Virus record (IMG/VR): IMGVR_UViG_2515154169_000001
Location: 1 to 64,000 of that record
DNA length: 64,000 nt
From: a virus
Taxonomy: Duplodnaviria; Caudoviricetes
Strand: one strand, 5' to 3'
Shown: piece by piece, positions 55,785 through 64,000 of the stretch
Layout of the letters: every line of letters starts with the position of its first letter
How positions within the stretch are numbered: the first letter of the stretch is position 1
Program-made: the position numbers and the translations under genes
The notes under the pieces: model-generated
The model's database searches: none
The model's input: only the letters and a program-made list of their open reading frames with translations
What the model was told of the DNA's origin: nothing

Positions 55785-58700
55785 GTGCCCGGCGATGAGA
55801 TCGACTACGGCAGCGCGACCATCCGGATCGAGCTGGATGACGTCGAGGCTGTCAGCGACGCCCGCGATCTGGGTCTGCGGATCCGGCGGGCCTTGGACCG
55901 GGCGACGCGCGACACCGGCGACCTGATCCGCCGCAACATCGAGCGCGGCATGCGCGCCGCCGCCGTCGCGGTCACCGTCGAGCCCGACCTGCGCCGCTTC
56001 GAGTCGGCGCTCCTCACCGGCCTGCGGGGCCTGGGCAGCATCAGCATCCCCGTGGAGCCGGACCTGACCGGCTTCACCGAGCGCCTGCGCGCCCACCTCG
56101 CAGGGGAGGAGCTGCGCGTCCAGGTCGTGCCGGACCTGGCCCGCTTCGACTCGGGCCTCCTCACCGGCCTGAGGTCGCTGGACTCCATCAACGTGCCGGT
56201 GACGCCGGACCTGACCGGGTTCGTCGAGCGGATCCGGGCGCTCCTCGCCGGCGAGGAGTTCGCCGTCCGGGTCGTGCCGGACATGGACGGCTTCGATGAC
56301 CGGATCCGGGCGCACAACCCGCCGGACGTGACGGTCGACGTGAATGCCGACGTCGACAGCAACCGGTTCACGCGGGCCCTGTCCGGCCTCGGCAGGATCG
56401 CAGGCCGTGTCGGCTCGGGCCTGACCAGCCTGCTGCAGTTCGGCGCGGTCGGGATCGCCGCGGCGGGCGCCGCGCAGGGCGTGATCGGCCTGACGGCCGC
56501 GCTCGCCCCCGCGGCCGGGATCATCGCTGCGCTGCCCGCCGCCGTCGCGGGGTTCCAGGCCGCGCTGGGCACGCTGCGCCTGGCCGTCGTCGGTGTCGGT
56601 GACGCCCTCGGTGCCGCGTTCGCCGGCGACGCCGCGAAGTTCCAGGAGGCCCTGGAGAAGCTGTCGCCGTCCGCGCAGAAAGCCGTCCTCGCGGTCAAAG
56701 AGTTCGCGCCGGAGCTGAAGAAGGTCCAGCAGTCCGTCCAAGAGGCGTTCTTCTCCCAGTTCGCCGGCGAGATCTCCGGCGCGGTCAAGAACCTGCTGCC
56801 GATGCAGAGCGGGCTGCGGGCCATCGCGTTGGGGTTCGGGCAGGCCGCGCAGGAGGGGTTGAAGTTCCTGCAGACGCGGCAGGCCCTCGCGTCCGTGATG
56901 GGTGTCCTCGCCGGGACGTCCGACGCCGTGGAGGGTTTGTCTGCCGCTGTAGGCCCGCTGGCGCAGGGCCTCCTCAGTGTGGCGTCGTCTGTGTCGCAAG
57001 CGTTCGGGGCGCGGCTGGGCACGGCGCTGGGCGGCCTCGGCCAGCAGCTCGGGGACTTCCTGACCCGCATCGCGAACAACGGGCAGGCGGTCGCCTGGGT
57101 TGAGGGTGCGCTGACGGTCTTCAAGCAGCTCGGCTCGATCATCTCGAACGTTGGCCAGATCCTCAGCGGCGTCTTCCAGGCCGCGAACGCCTCCGGCGGC
57201 GGGCTGCTGAACAACCTCAAGCAGATCACCGCCTCGTTCGCCGAGTTCGTCAACTCCGCGCAGGGCCAGGAGGCGATCGGGAACATCTTCTCAACGCTGG
57301 CCACGGTCGCCGCCCAGCTCGGCCCGATCCTGTCTGCCGTCGTGACGCAAGTCGGCGCCATCGCGCCCGCGCTGGCGCCGATCTTCACCGCGCTCGGCCC
57401 CGCCATCGTCAACCTCGTCAACGCGCTCGGCCCCGCGCTGGCCGCGATCGCGCCCGCGCTCGCTACCGTCGGCCAGGCCCTCGCGCAGGGGCTCGGCGCG
57501 CTCGGCCCGTCCTTAGCGCCGCTCGGCGAGGCCATCGGCCGCGCAGTCACCGCGCTGGCCCCGCTGCTGCCCCTGGTCGGCGAGGTCGCCGGCGCCGTGG
57601 CGCAGATCCTCGCCCCCGCGCTGGACATCCTGACGTCGGTCCTGTCCCCGATCATCGACGCGCTCGTGGCGGCGCTCCTGCCGATCCTGCCGCAGATCGC
57701 CACCGCGTTCACGACCCTCGGCGCCGCCCTGGGGCCGGTCGCGGACGTCCTCGGCAAGAGCCTCGGCGACGCCCTGACCCGCCTGCTGCCGCCGATCCTG
57801 GAGCTGATCCCGCAGATCCAGGGGAAAATGGTCCCGGCGTGGATCGCGCTGGCGGAGGCGGTCACTCCGCTGATCCCGGAGCTGGTCAACCTCGTCGTGC
57901 TGGCCATCGAGCCGCTGCTGCCGATGCTGCCTCAGCTCGTCGACATGATCGCCGACCTGTCCGCGAACTTCGTGCTGGCGCTGGCCGCGGTCGTGCCGAT
58001 CCTGCCGCCGCTGGTCCGGCTGTTCACGACCGTCTCGCAGTTCATCGCGTCGAAGACGACTTTCCCCCTGCTGCAAGGACTGGTCGACGTCCTCGGGCTC
58101 CTCGTCGGCGCAGTGACGACGGCCCAGACGGCGGCGCGGAACTTCTTCACCGGCACCATCCAGTTCTTCGTCGACCTGGGCTCGGGCATCCTCGACGCGC
58201 TGACCAGCCTGCCCGAGCGGATCGCGACGTTCTTCACCGGCCTGTGGACCACGGTCAGCACGGCCGTGGTGACCGGCTTCAACGCCGTGGTGACGTTCTT
58301 CGCCCAGCTACCCGGGTTGATCCTGTCGGCACTGGCCGCACTGCCAGGCCTCCTGATCTCCTTCTTCGTCAACGCCATCGCTGGGCTCGGCATCGCGATC
58401 CTCACCGGCATCGCCGCCGTGATCTTCGTGTTCACCGAGCTGCCCGGCATGATCGTCAGCGCGCTGGCGTCGCTCGGCTCGACGCTGCTGACGTTCTTCA
58501 CCACCGCGTTCACCACGGTCGTAGCGGCGGTGACCAGCTTCATCAGCCAGGTCGTGGCGTTCTTTGCCGCCCTACCAGGGCAGATCGCCTCGTTCCTGGC
58601 TTCGCTGCCCGGGCGCGTCGTCAGCTTCTTCCGGTCGGCCGGCTCGTCCGCGCTCTCCACGGCACGCAGCTACGGCACGCAGGTGATCAACTTCTTCCGG

Positions 58701-60401
58701 GAGTTGCCCGGCCGGATCGCCTCCGGCCTGTCGTCGCTGGGCTCGAAGCTCGCCGAGAAGCTGCAGAGCGCGGGCTCGGCGGCGTTGCGCGGCGCGCAGC
58801 AACTGATCTCGACCATCGCGAACGCCTTCACCAAGCTGCCCGGTCTGATCCTCGGGAAGATCGGCGACATCGGCAGCCAGATCCGCCAGAAGATCGCGGG
58901 CGGCCTCCCGGCGAGCGTGCGCGGCCTCATCCCCGGCTTGGCGAACGGCGGCATCGTCACCGGCCCGACGTTCGCCATGCTGGGCGAGGGCAGCCGGCCC
59001 GAGGTCGTCATCCCCCTAACCAAGCCGAAGCGTGCGCGGGAACTCGCAGCGAAGTCCGGCCTGCTGAACCTGCTGGCCGGGCCGGCGCAGGCCGCCACGC
59101 TCGCGGCGAGCAGCGTGCCCGCGGTGCGCGGCGGCGGCTCCGTGAAGGACTTTGAGAACGTCGGGCGGCAGATCGGGGCGGGCCTCGTCGCGGGCCTGCG
59201 CGCCTCCCTCGGCGACGTGGACCAGACGACCCAGGACCTCGTCGGCATCGCCATCACCACGGCGGAGAAGGTTCTCGAGATCGCTAGCCCTTCGAAGGTG
59301 TTCGCCCGGATCGGGAAGGACACCGGCCGAGGCTTCATCGTCGGACTGACCGGCACCGCCGACCAGATCAAGGCGACCACGGACAAGCTGATCAAGTCCA
59401 TCACGGACGCCTTCAAGGGCAAGGCGACCAAGGTCGACGACCGGCTCGTGACGCTGCTGCAGAGCGGCAACAAGAAGCTGACGAGCCTGGCAGCGCAGCG
59501 CGACGCGCTCGTGAAGAAGATCGCCGACGCCCAGAAGTTCGCCGCCGACACCACGGCGTCGGTACTCCAGGCGTTCTCTCTGCAGAGCCTCACCCAGGGC
59601 GGCGGGAAGCTGACGGCGGACAGCATCGTCGCGGGCCTGGACGGGGCCCTGTCGAAGGTGCGCAGTTTCACGTCGCAGATCAACGCCCTCGCGCGGCGCG
59701 GGCTCCGCAAGGATCTGCTGCAGCAGATCATCGGGCTCGGCCCTGAGCAGGGCGCTGAGCTCGCGCGGGTCCTCAGCACCACGGACAAGGCGACGTTCAA
59801 GCGGATCAACTCGATGCAGGCGCAGCTCGTCAGCGCCTCCAACGTCCTCGGCCGCACCGGCGCCGACGTCCTGTTCGACGCGGGCAAGAACGCGGGCGCC
59901 GGGTTCCTCGCCGGGTTGCAGGGGCAGCGTAAGGCGATCGAGAAGCTGATGGTGGACATCGCCAAGTCCATGCAGAAGGCCATCCGTACGGCGCTGAGGA
60001 TCAAGAGCCCGTCGGTGGTTTTCCGGAAGATCGGCGAGATGACCGGCCTCGGTCTGCGGCTCGGTCTGGTCGGTCAGATCGCCGCGCTGCAGAAGGCGTC
60101 GACGTCGGCGGCCCGCGCTGTGGTCGATGCGGTCGGCGGGCAGTTCGATGCGCTGCCCGGCCGGGTCGGGTCGCCGCTTGACGGGCTGGGCACCGGCAAC
60201 GTCATCCCGCTGACCCGGGCGCAGAAGCGCCGCCAGGTCGCCACTGAGATCAGCGCCGCCGAGCTGGCCCGGGGCCGCGCCGCCGTCGACAAGGCCGGGA
60301 CGGTCTTCAACAACACGTTCAACATCACCGAGGTCGGAGACGCAGGCGCGACCGCGCAGCGCGTCCTGAACCGCCTCACGTACGCGGCAGGGGTGAGCTG
60401 A
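55785..60401 (+). CDS. Tape measure protein
   Basis: 1538 aa, Ala/Leu helical repeats, LANGGIV...GE..PEVVIPL and I.SPS motifs. Confidence 0.92.
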   Translation: MPGDEIDYGSATIRIELDDVEAVSDARDLGLRIRRALDRATRDTGDLIRRNIERGMRAAAVAVTVEPDLRRFESALLTGLRGLGSISIPVEPDLTGFTERLRAHLAGEELRVQVVPDLARFDSGLLTGLRSLDSINVPVTPDLTGFVERIRALLAGEEFAVRVVPDMDGFDDRIRAHNPPDVTVDVNADVDSNRFTRALSGLGRIAGRVGSGLTSLLQFGAVGIAAAGAAQGVIGLTAALAPAAGIIAALPAAVAGFQAALGTLRLAVVGVGDALGAAFAGDAAKFQEALEKLSPSAQKAVLAVKEFAPELKKVQQSVQEAFFSQFAGEISGAVKNLLPMQSGLRAIALGFGQAAQEGLKFLQTRQALASVMGVLAGTSDAVEGLSAAVGPLAQGLLSVASSVSQAFGARLGTALGGLGQQLGDFLTRIANNGQAVAWVEGALTVFKQLGSIISNVGQILSGVFQAANASGGGLLNNLKQITASFAEFVNSAQGQEAIGNIFSTLATVAAQLGPILSAVVTQVGAIAPALAPIFTALGPAIVNLVNALGPALAAIAPALATVGQALAQGLGALGPSLAPLGEAIGRAVTALAPLLPLVGEVAGAVAQILAPALDILTSVLSPIIDALVAALLPILPQIATAFTTLGAALGPVADVLGKSLGDALTRLLPPILELIPQIQGKMVPAWIALAEAVTPLIPELVNLVVLAIEPLLPMLPQLVDMIADLSANFVLALAAVVPILPPLVRLFTTVSQFIASKTTFPLLQGLVDVLGLLVGAVTTAQTAARNFFTGTIQFFVDLGSGILDALTSLPERIATFFTGLWTTVSTAVVTGFNAVVTFFAQLPGLILSALAALPGLLISFFVNAIAGLGIAILTGIAAVIFVFTELPGMIVSALASLGSTLLTFFTTAFTTVVAAVTSFISQVVAFFAALPGQIASFLASLPGRVVSFFRSAGSSALSTARSYGTQVINFFRELPGRIASGLSSLGSKLAEKLQSAGSAALRGAQQLISTIANAFTKLPGLILGKIGDIGSQIRQKIAGGLPASVRGLIPGLANGGIVTGPTFAMLGEGSRPEVVIPLTKPKRARELAAKSGLLNLLAGPAQAATLAASSVPAVRGGGSVKDFENVGRQIGAGLVAGLRASLGDVDQTTQDLVGIAITTAEKVLEIASPSKVFARIGKDTGRGFIVGLTGTADQIKATTDKLIKSITDAFKGKATKVDDRLVTLLQSGNKKLTSLAAQRDALVKKIADAQKFAADTTASVLQAFSLQSLTQGGGKLTADSIVAGLDGALSKVRSFTSQINALARRGLRKDLLQQIIGLGPEQGAELARVLSTTDKATFKRINSMQAQLVSASNVLGRTGADVLFDAGKNAGAGFLAGLQGQRKAIEKLMVDIAKSMQKAIRTALRIKSPSVVFRKIGEMTGLGLRLGLVGQIAALQKASTSAARAVVDAVGGQFDALPGRVGSPLDGLGTGNVIPLTRAQKRRQVATEISAAELARGRAAVDKAGTVFNNTFNITEVGDAGATAQRVLNRLTYAAGVS

Positions 60402-61726
60402 TGACGGCCGACTGGTACATGGCGTACGGCGGGGTGGAGGTCGCCAACCATGCCCGCCTCGGGGCGTATCTGCAGACGGTCGGGTCGCCGCTGACGTCCG
60501 CCGGCGCCTGCGGCTGCCCCACCGTCGGCGCGGAGCAGCTCGGCGACCTGCCATACACGACCCCGGACGACGCCGACAGCCCCGCCCCCTGGTACGACCC
60601 GGACGTGCCGGAGAGCACGGACTTCGCCGGGATCATGGTTCTCGAGATGGCGGGCATCGACGACTTCCCGGTCCGCCGGAACGTCACCGGCGGGATCATC
60701 GGCGGCGGCTCCATCGGGCCGGCCCGGGCGCTGCCCCGCACCATCACCGTGACGGCGCTCGTCCTCGGCTCCACCTGCTGCGGCGTCGAGTACGGCCTGC
60801 ACTGGCTCGGGGAGGTACTGCAGGGCTGCACAGGCAGCGCCTGCGACGGGGACTGCCTGACGCTGTACTCCTGCTGCCCCGGCGAGGACCTGACGCCGGA
60901 GCAGTTCAATGCCGAGCACCGGAGGACCCTACGCCGGGTCGCCCTCGTTGACGGCCCGAACGTGGTGGCCCGCAGCGGCACCGGCTGTGCCACCGGCGAC
61001 TGCCAGTCCGGCGCGGACATCATCACCGTGGAGTTCGTGCTGACGGCCGCCATGCCGTGGCTGTGGACGGACACCACGCCGGTGCTGGAGGTGGCACCGC
61101 CCGGCGACGACTCCACGGACTGCATCGACTGGTGCGTGCACCCACCAAACGGACCCGGTTGCGACGGGCCGTGCCGGTTCGCGCCCTGCCCCGACCCGAC
61201 CGCGGCCTGCGCCGACCCGCGTTGCGCGCCGCCTCCTCCACCGACACCGACCCTGCCCAGCGAGACGTGCTACTGCCTGCCCGTGGCTGTCGAGCGCGAG
61301 TGCTACGACCTCGACCTGACCGACCGGCCCGCCTGGTCCACGGACGCCCCCATGATCACGGTGCGGGCGGGCAGTGGCGATCTACGCAATTTGACCCTCG
61401 AAATTTTCGAGCGGGCCGCCGGCGACGAAGCCCTGACGCCCGGCGAGGTCGCCGACCTGTACCGCTGCACGCCGTTCTCGGCCTTCCACGTGACGTACGT
61501 GCCTGCCGGTGGCGCCTTGACGCTGGACGGGCAGGTAGGGCGGGCCACCGTCGAGTGCGGCGGGGTCTGCGAGTCGTCGCCGGACGTCTACGGCCGGGAA
61601 GGGCTGCCGCCGACCTGGCGGACGCTCGGCTGCGCCTCCTACGTGCTCTGCCTGACCTCGGACGTGAGCAACCCGCCGTCGCCGTCGGCGATGGTGTCTG
61701 TCGGCGTCTCGGGACGGGGGCGGTAA
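60401..61726 (+). CDS. Distal tail (Dit)-like minor tail protein, Cys-rich
   Basis: Follows the tape measure gene; APWYDP, VEF.L.A..PW. Confidence 0.75.
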   Translation: MTADWYMAYGGVEVANHARLGAYLQTVGSPLTSAGACGCPTVGAEQLGDLPYTTPDDADSPAPWYDPDVPESTDFAGIMVLEMAGIDDFPVRRNVTGGIIGGGSIGPARALPRTITVTALVLGSTCCGVEYGLHWLGEVLQGCTGSACDGDCLTLYSCCPGEDLTPEQFNAEHRRTLRRVALVDGPNVVARSGTGCATGDCQSGADIITVEFVLTAAMPWLWTDTTPVLEVAPPGDDSTDCIDWCVHPPNGPGCDGPCRFAPCPDPTAACADPRCAPPPPPTPTLPSETCYCLPVAVERECYDLDLTDRPAWSTDAPMITVRAGSGDLRNLTLEIFERAAGDEALTPGEVADLYRCTPFSAFHVTYVPAGGALTLDGQVGRATVECGGVCESSPDVYGREGLPPTWRTLGCASYVLCLTSDVSNPPSPSAMVSVGVSGRGR

Positions 61727-62790
61727 TGGCCGTTGCCGGATGCGGGAGTCACTCGGTGCGCGTGGTCGACCGGGGCGGTGGTGTTGTCGCCACCGGCTCC
61801 GTCCTCACCGAGGTGGAATGGAGCCGCGTGCTCGATGACGTCTCCACGGCCCGGGCGGTGATCAACCCGGATGGCGACTGCTGCGGCCCGCTCGGCGCCG
61901 TCCGCGCGTGGAGGCACCGCCTGGTGGTCTACCGGGACGACCGGTACGTGTGGGACGGTCCGATCACCAACGTGGACTGGGGGATCGGCAGCGTTGAGCT
62001 GTTCGCAGAGGACGTCACGGCTTGGCTCGGGAACCGGGTGCCGCACCAGAACCTGACGTACAAGAACGCCGACCTGACGACCATCGCAGCCGAGTTGATC
62101 GCGGACGGGTTCTTCCCGGACGACCCGGGTCACGACGTCCGGATCATGGCCCCGGCCGAGGTCACCGGCTCCCGCACGTACACGCGGAACGTGGGCCAGG
62201 TCCTCGACCACCTGAAAGACCTCGCTGAGGCCGGGCTCGACTTCACCGCGATCGGCTCGACGATCCTGCTGCTCCCCGAGACGTGGCGCGAGCGCGTCGG
62301 CCGGCTCTCCGATGCCGACTTCCCCGAGGGCCTGTCGGTGGCGGAGGACGGCAAGGGCTTGGCGACCCGCGTGATCGTCGCCGGGCAACAGCAGACCGCT
62401 TCGGACGGCACCGTGACGGACCAGGTGATCGGCGAGGCCGGGGGGATCGACCCGTACTACGGGCTGCACGAGCGGTACGTGGAGCAGACCAGCATCACGG
62501 ACACCGCGTCGGCGACGTCGGCGGCGCAGGCCCTCGTGCGGTCGAGCCGGACTGTGCCGGTCTTCATCGACACCCAGGAGGTGACGATCAGCCCGGACAG
62601 CGCCGTCGACGTCGCCGACCTCGTGCCGGGCTGGTGCCTGGACGTCACCAGCGCCGCGACGTGCCGGACCGTCGCCCAGCGCCTCAAGATCGTCGGCGTC
62701 AAGGTCACCGAGACCGGCGGCAGCGACACCGACCCGGGCGGGGAGAGCGTGCAGGTCCAGGTGGCGGCAAGCGGAGCGGAGGCGGCCTGA
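61726..62790 (+). CDS. Minor tail (hub-like) protein
   Basis: WSRVLDDVS.A, L.VYRD...VW.GP, LVPG. Confidence 0.75.
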   Translation: MAVAGCGSHSVRVVDRGGGVVATGSVLTEVEWSRVLDDVSTARAVINPDGDCCGPLGAVRAWRHRLVVYRDDRYVWDGPITNVDWGIGSVELFAEDVTAWLGNRVPHQNLTYKNADLTTIAAELIADGFFPDDPGHDVRIMAPAEVTGSRTYTRNVGQVLDHLKDLAEAGLDFTAIGSTILLLPETWRERVGRLSDADFPEGLSVAEDGKGLATRVIVAGQQQTASDGTVTDQVIGEAGGIDPYYGLHERYVEQTSITDTASATSAAQALVRSSRTVPVFIDTQEVTISPDSAVDVADLVPGWCLDVTSAATCRTVAQRLKIVGVKVTETGGSDTDPGGESVQVQVAASGAEAA

Positions 62791-63224
62791 TGGCGATGCG
62801 AGGAACACCGGCCCGGCGGGCCGCAGTCGTGGGGGGCCCGCTCGTCGGCGTGCTGCGTGAGGTCGACCGGCGCTCCCGGTCGACGACCCGGGTCCGGGGC
62901 CCCGTCGCGCAGCCCGTGGAGGGCCGTGAGGGTCCGCCCGGCCCGCAGGGTCCGCCCGGGCCGCCGGCCACGCGGACCGCGGCCGCCGTCGTCGAGACAG
63001 GCGCCGACGGGTCCGTGCGGTGGGACTTTGCCGAGGCGTTCGCCGCGCCGCCCGTGGTCGGGGCGCTGCTGGTGACGCCCGGCGGGGGCCAGCTGCTGAC
63101 CGCGACGCTGGAGGAGGTGACGGCCGCGTACGCCGTCGTCCGGGTGTGGCGGCACAAGGGCGGCCGGTCCTACGCGGCGGACCCGGGCCAGGCTGTGCAC
63201 CTGACCGCGACGGCGGCGAGCTGA
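62790..63224 (+). CDS. Small tail protein with a short collagen-like stretch
   Basis: GPPGPQGPPGPP and FAAPPVV. Confidence 0.65.
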   Translation: MAMRGTPARRAAVVGGPLVGVLREVDRRSRSTTRVRGPVAQPVEGREGPPGPQGPPGPPATRTAAAVVETGADGSVRWDFAEAFAAPPVVGALLVTPGGGQLLTATLEEVTAAYAVVRVWRHKGGRSYAADPGQAVHLTATAAS

Positions 63225-63231
63225 CGCGGGC

Positions 63232-63265
63232 TACCCTGCTGGGGCAGTCGCTGGTTCTGGGCCGG
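63232..63265 (+). promoter_or_regulatory. Late promoter/leader motif
   Basis: TACCCT-N9-GTCGCTGGTTCTGGGCCGG. Confidence 0.8.
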
Positions 63266-63292
63266 ACTCACTTGATCACTCAGGGGTGAGCC

Positions 63293-64000
63293 ATGGCCAG
63301 CGTTTGTGCGTGCGGGGACTACTTCATCGTCAACGACGAGGGCGAACTCTGCCTCATCCCTGGCCAGCAGGGCCTGCGCCAGGTCCTCGTCTTCACCGAC
63401 CCGGGCACCTTCCAGTTCACGAAGGCGTCGTACCCGTGGCTGGCCCGGATCAACGTCAAGGTGCAGGCCGCAGGCGGCGGGTCTGCGGGCGCCAACGCTG
63501 CGGCCAACCAGTGCATCGTCCGGCCCGGCGGTGCGGGTGGCGGCTACTCCGAGTCCCTGATCCCCGTTGGTGCGCTCGGGGCGTCGGAGTCGATCGTCGT
63601 CGGAGCCGGCGGCCCGGCCGGCGCGAGCAACGCGCCCGGCGGCGCGGGCGGCTCCTCGTCCTTCGGTGGCCTCGTCATCGCGCTCGGCGGCGACGGCGGC
63701 ACCGCCGCTCAGGGTTCGGGGACCGTCCCTGACGCGGTGTCGGGCGTTGCCGGGCCGTTCGCCGGAACCGGCCAGCAGGTGTCCGGCGGTGGCGCGGGAG
63801 GGGGCGGCATTCGCCTGTCCGGAGTCAACGGCCTGTCCGGCGCGGGAGGCGACAGCCGCATGGGGCACGGCGGGTTCCCGCGCGCCTCCGACGGAGTGGG
63901 CACCGCGCCCCGCGGCTACGGCGGAGGAGCCGGAGGCGCCCTGTCGTACGGAGGCTCGCAGGCTGGAGCCGATGGCGGTAAGGGCTGCGTGATCATCGAG
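63293..64000 (+). CDS. Glycine-rich tail fibre-like protein (runs off the window)
   Basis: MASVCACG...FTDPGTF...V.VQAAGGG...GG.GGGYSE...VGAGG...SSFG. Confidence 0.8.
   Translation, partial: MASVCACGDYFIVNDEGELCLIPGQQGLRQVLVFTDPGTFQFTKASYPWLARINVKVQAAGGGSAGANAAANQCIVRPGGAGGGYSESLIPVGALGASESIVVGAGGPAGASNAPGGAGGSSSFGGLVIALGGDGGTAAQGSGTVPDAVSGVAGPFAGTGQQVSGGGAGGGGIRLSGVNGLSGAGGDSRMGHGGFPRASDGVGTAPRGYGGGAGGALSYGGSQAGADGGKGCVIIE

Noticed and set aside
34370-64000. Contractile injection system or tailocin
   Set aside because: No sheath or baseplate wedge genes are recognisable, while portal, capsid and terminase are present.

Overview
High-GC actinobacterial (Streptomyces-like) DNA that is almost entirely one phage or phage-plasmid element, transcribed mostly on the + strand. 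(1) 1-420: the 5' part of an IS110 element. (2) ~460-17.6 kb: an early/accessory region of short operons behind a repeated CCAA-N6-TTGG / AAGGATG promoter module. It holds ParB, an N6-methyltransferase, a broken intein-bearing C5-methyltransferase, a LAGLIDADG gene, and a DUF3560-like gene split by a reverse-strand defence cassette (alpha/beta-hydrolase plus caspase-STAND-beta-propeller). (3) 18.2-20.9 kb: an atypical tRNA-Gly(TCC) next to a methyltransferase-fold/Mom-like GNAT gene and a ParB-like gene. This is my best candidate for a novel system: glycyl-tRNA-dependent adenine hypermodification with its own donor tRNA. (4) 20.9-64 kb: a siphovirus-type morphogenesis module with unusually cysteine-rich proteins. 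It includes terminases (TerL frameshifted, with an intein that overlaps an out-of-frame HNH gene), portal, a MuF-2H-phosphoesterase-protease fusion, capsid, large Cys-rich repeat proteins, tail tube, a Stealth-like enzyme, chaperones, tape measure and tail tip. Its late transcription units carry a conserved GCCGCTGGTTCTGGGCCGG leader motif. An IS256 with a passenger gene and several morons interrupt it. All family calls come from reading motifs by eye, not from database searches.
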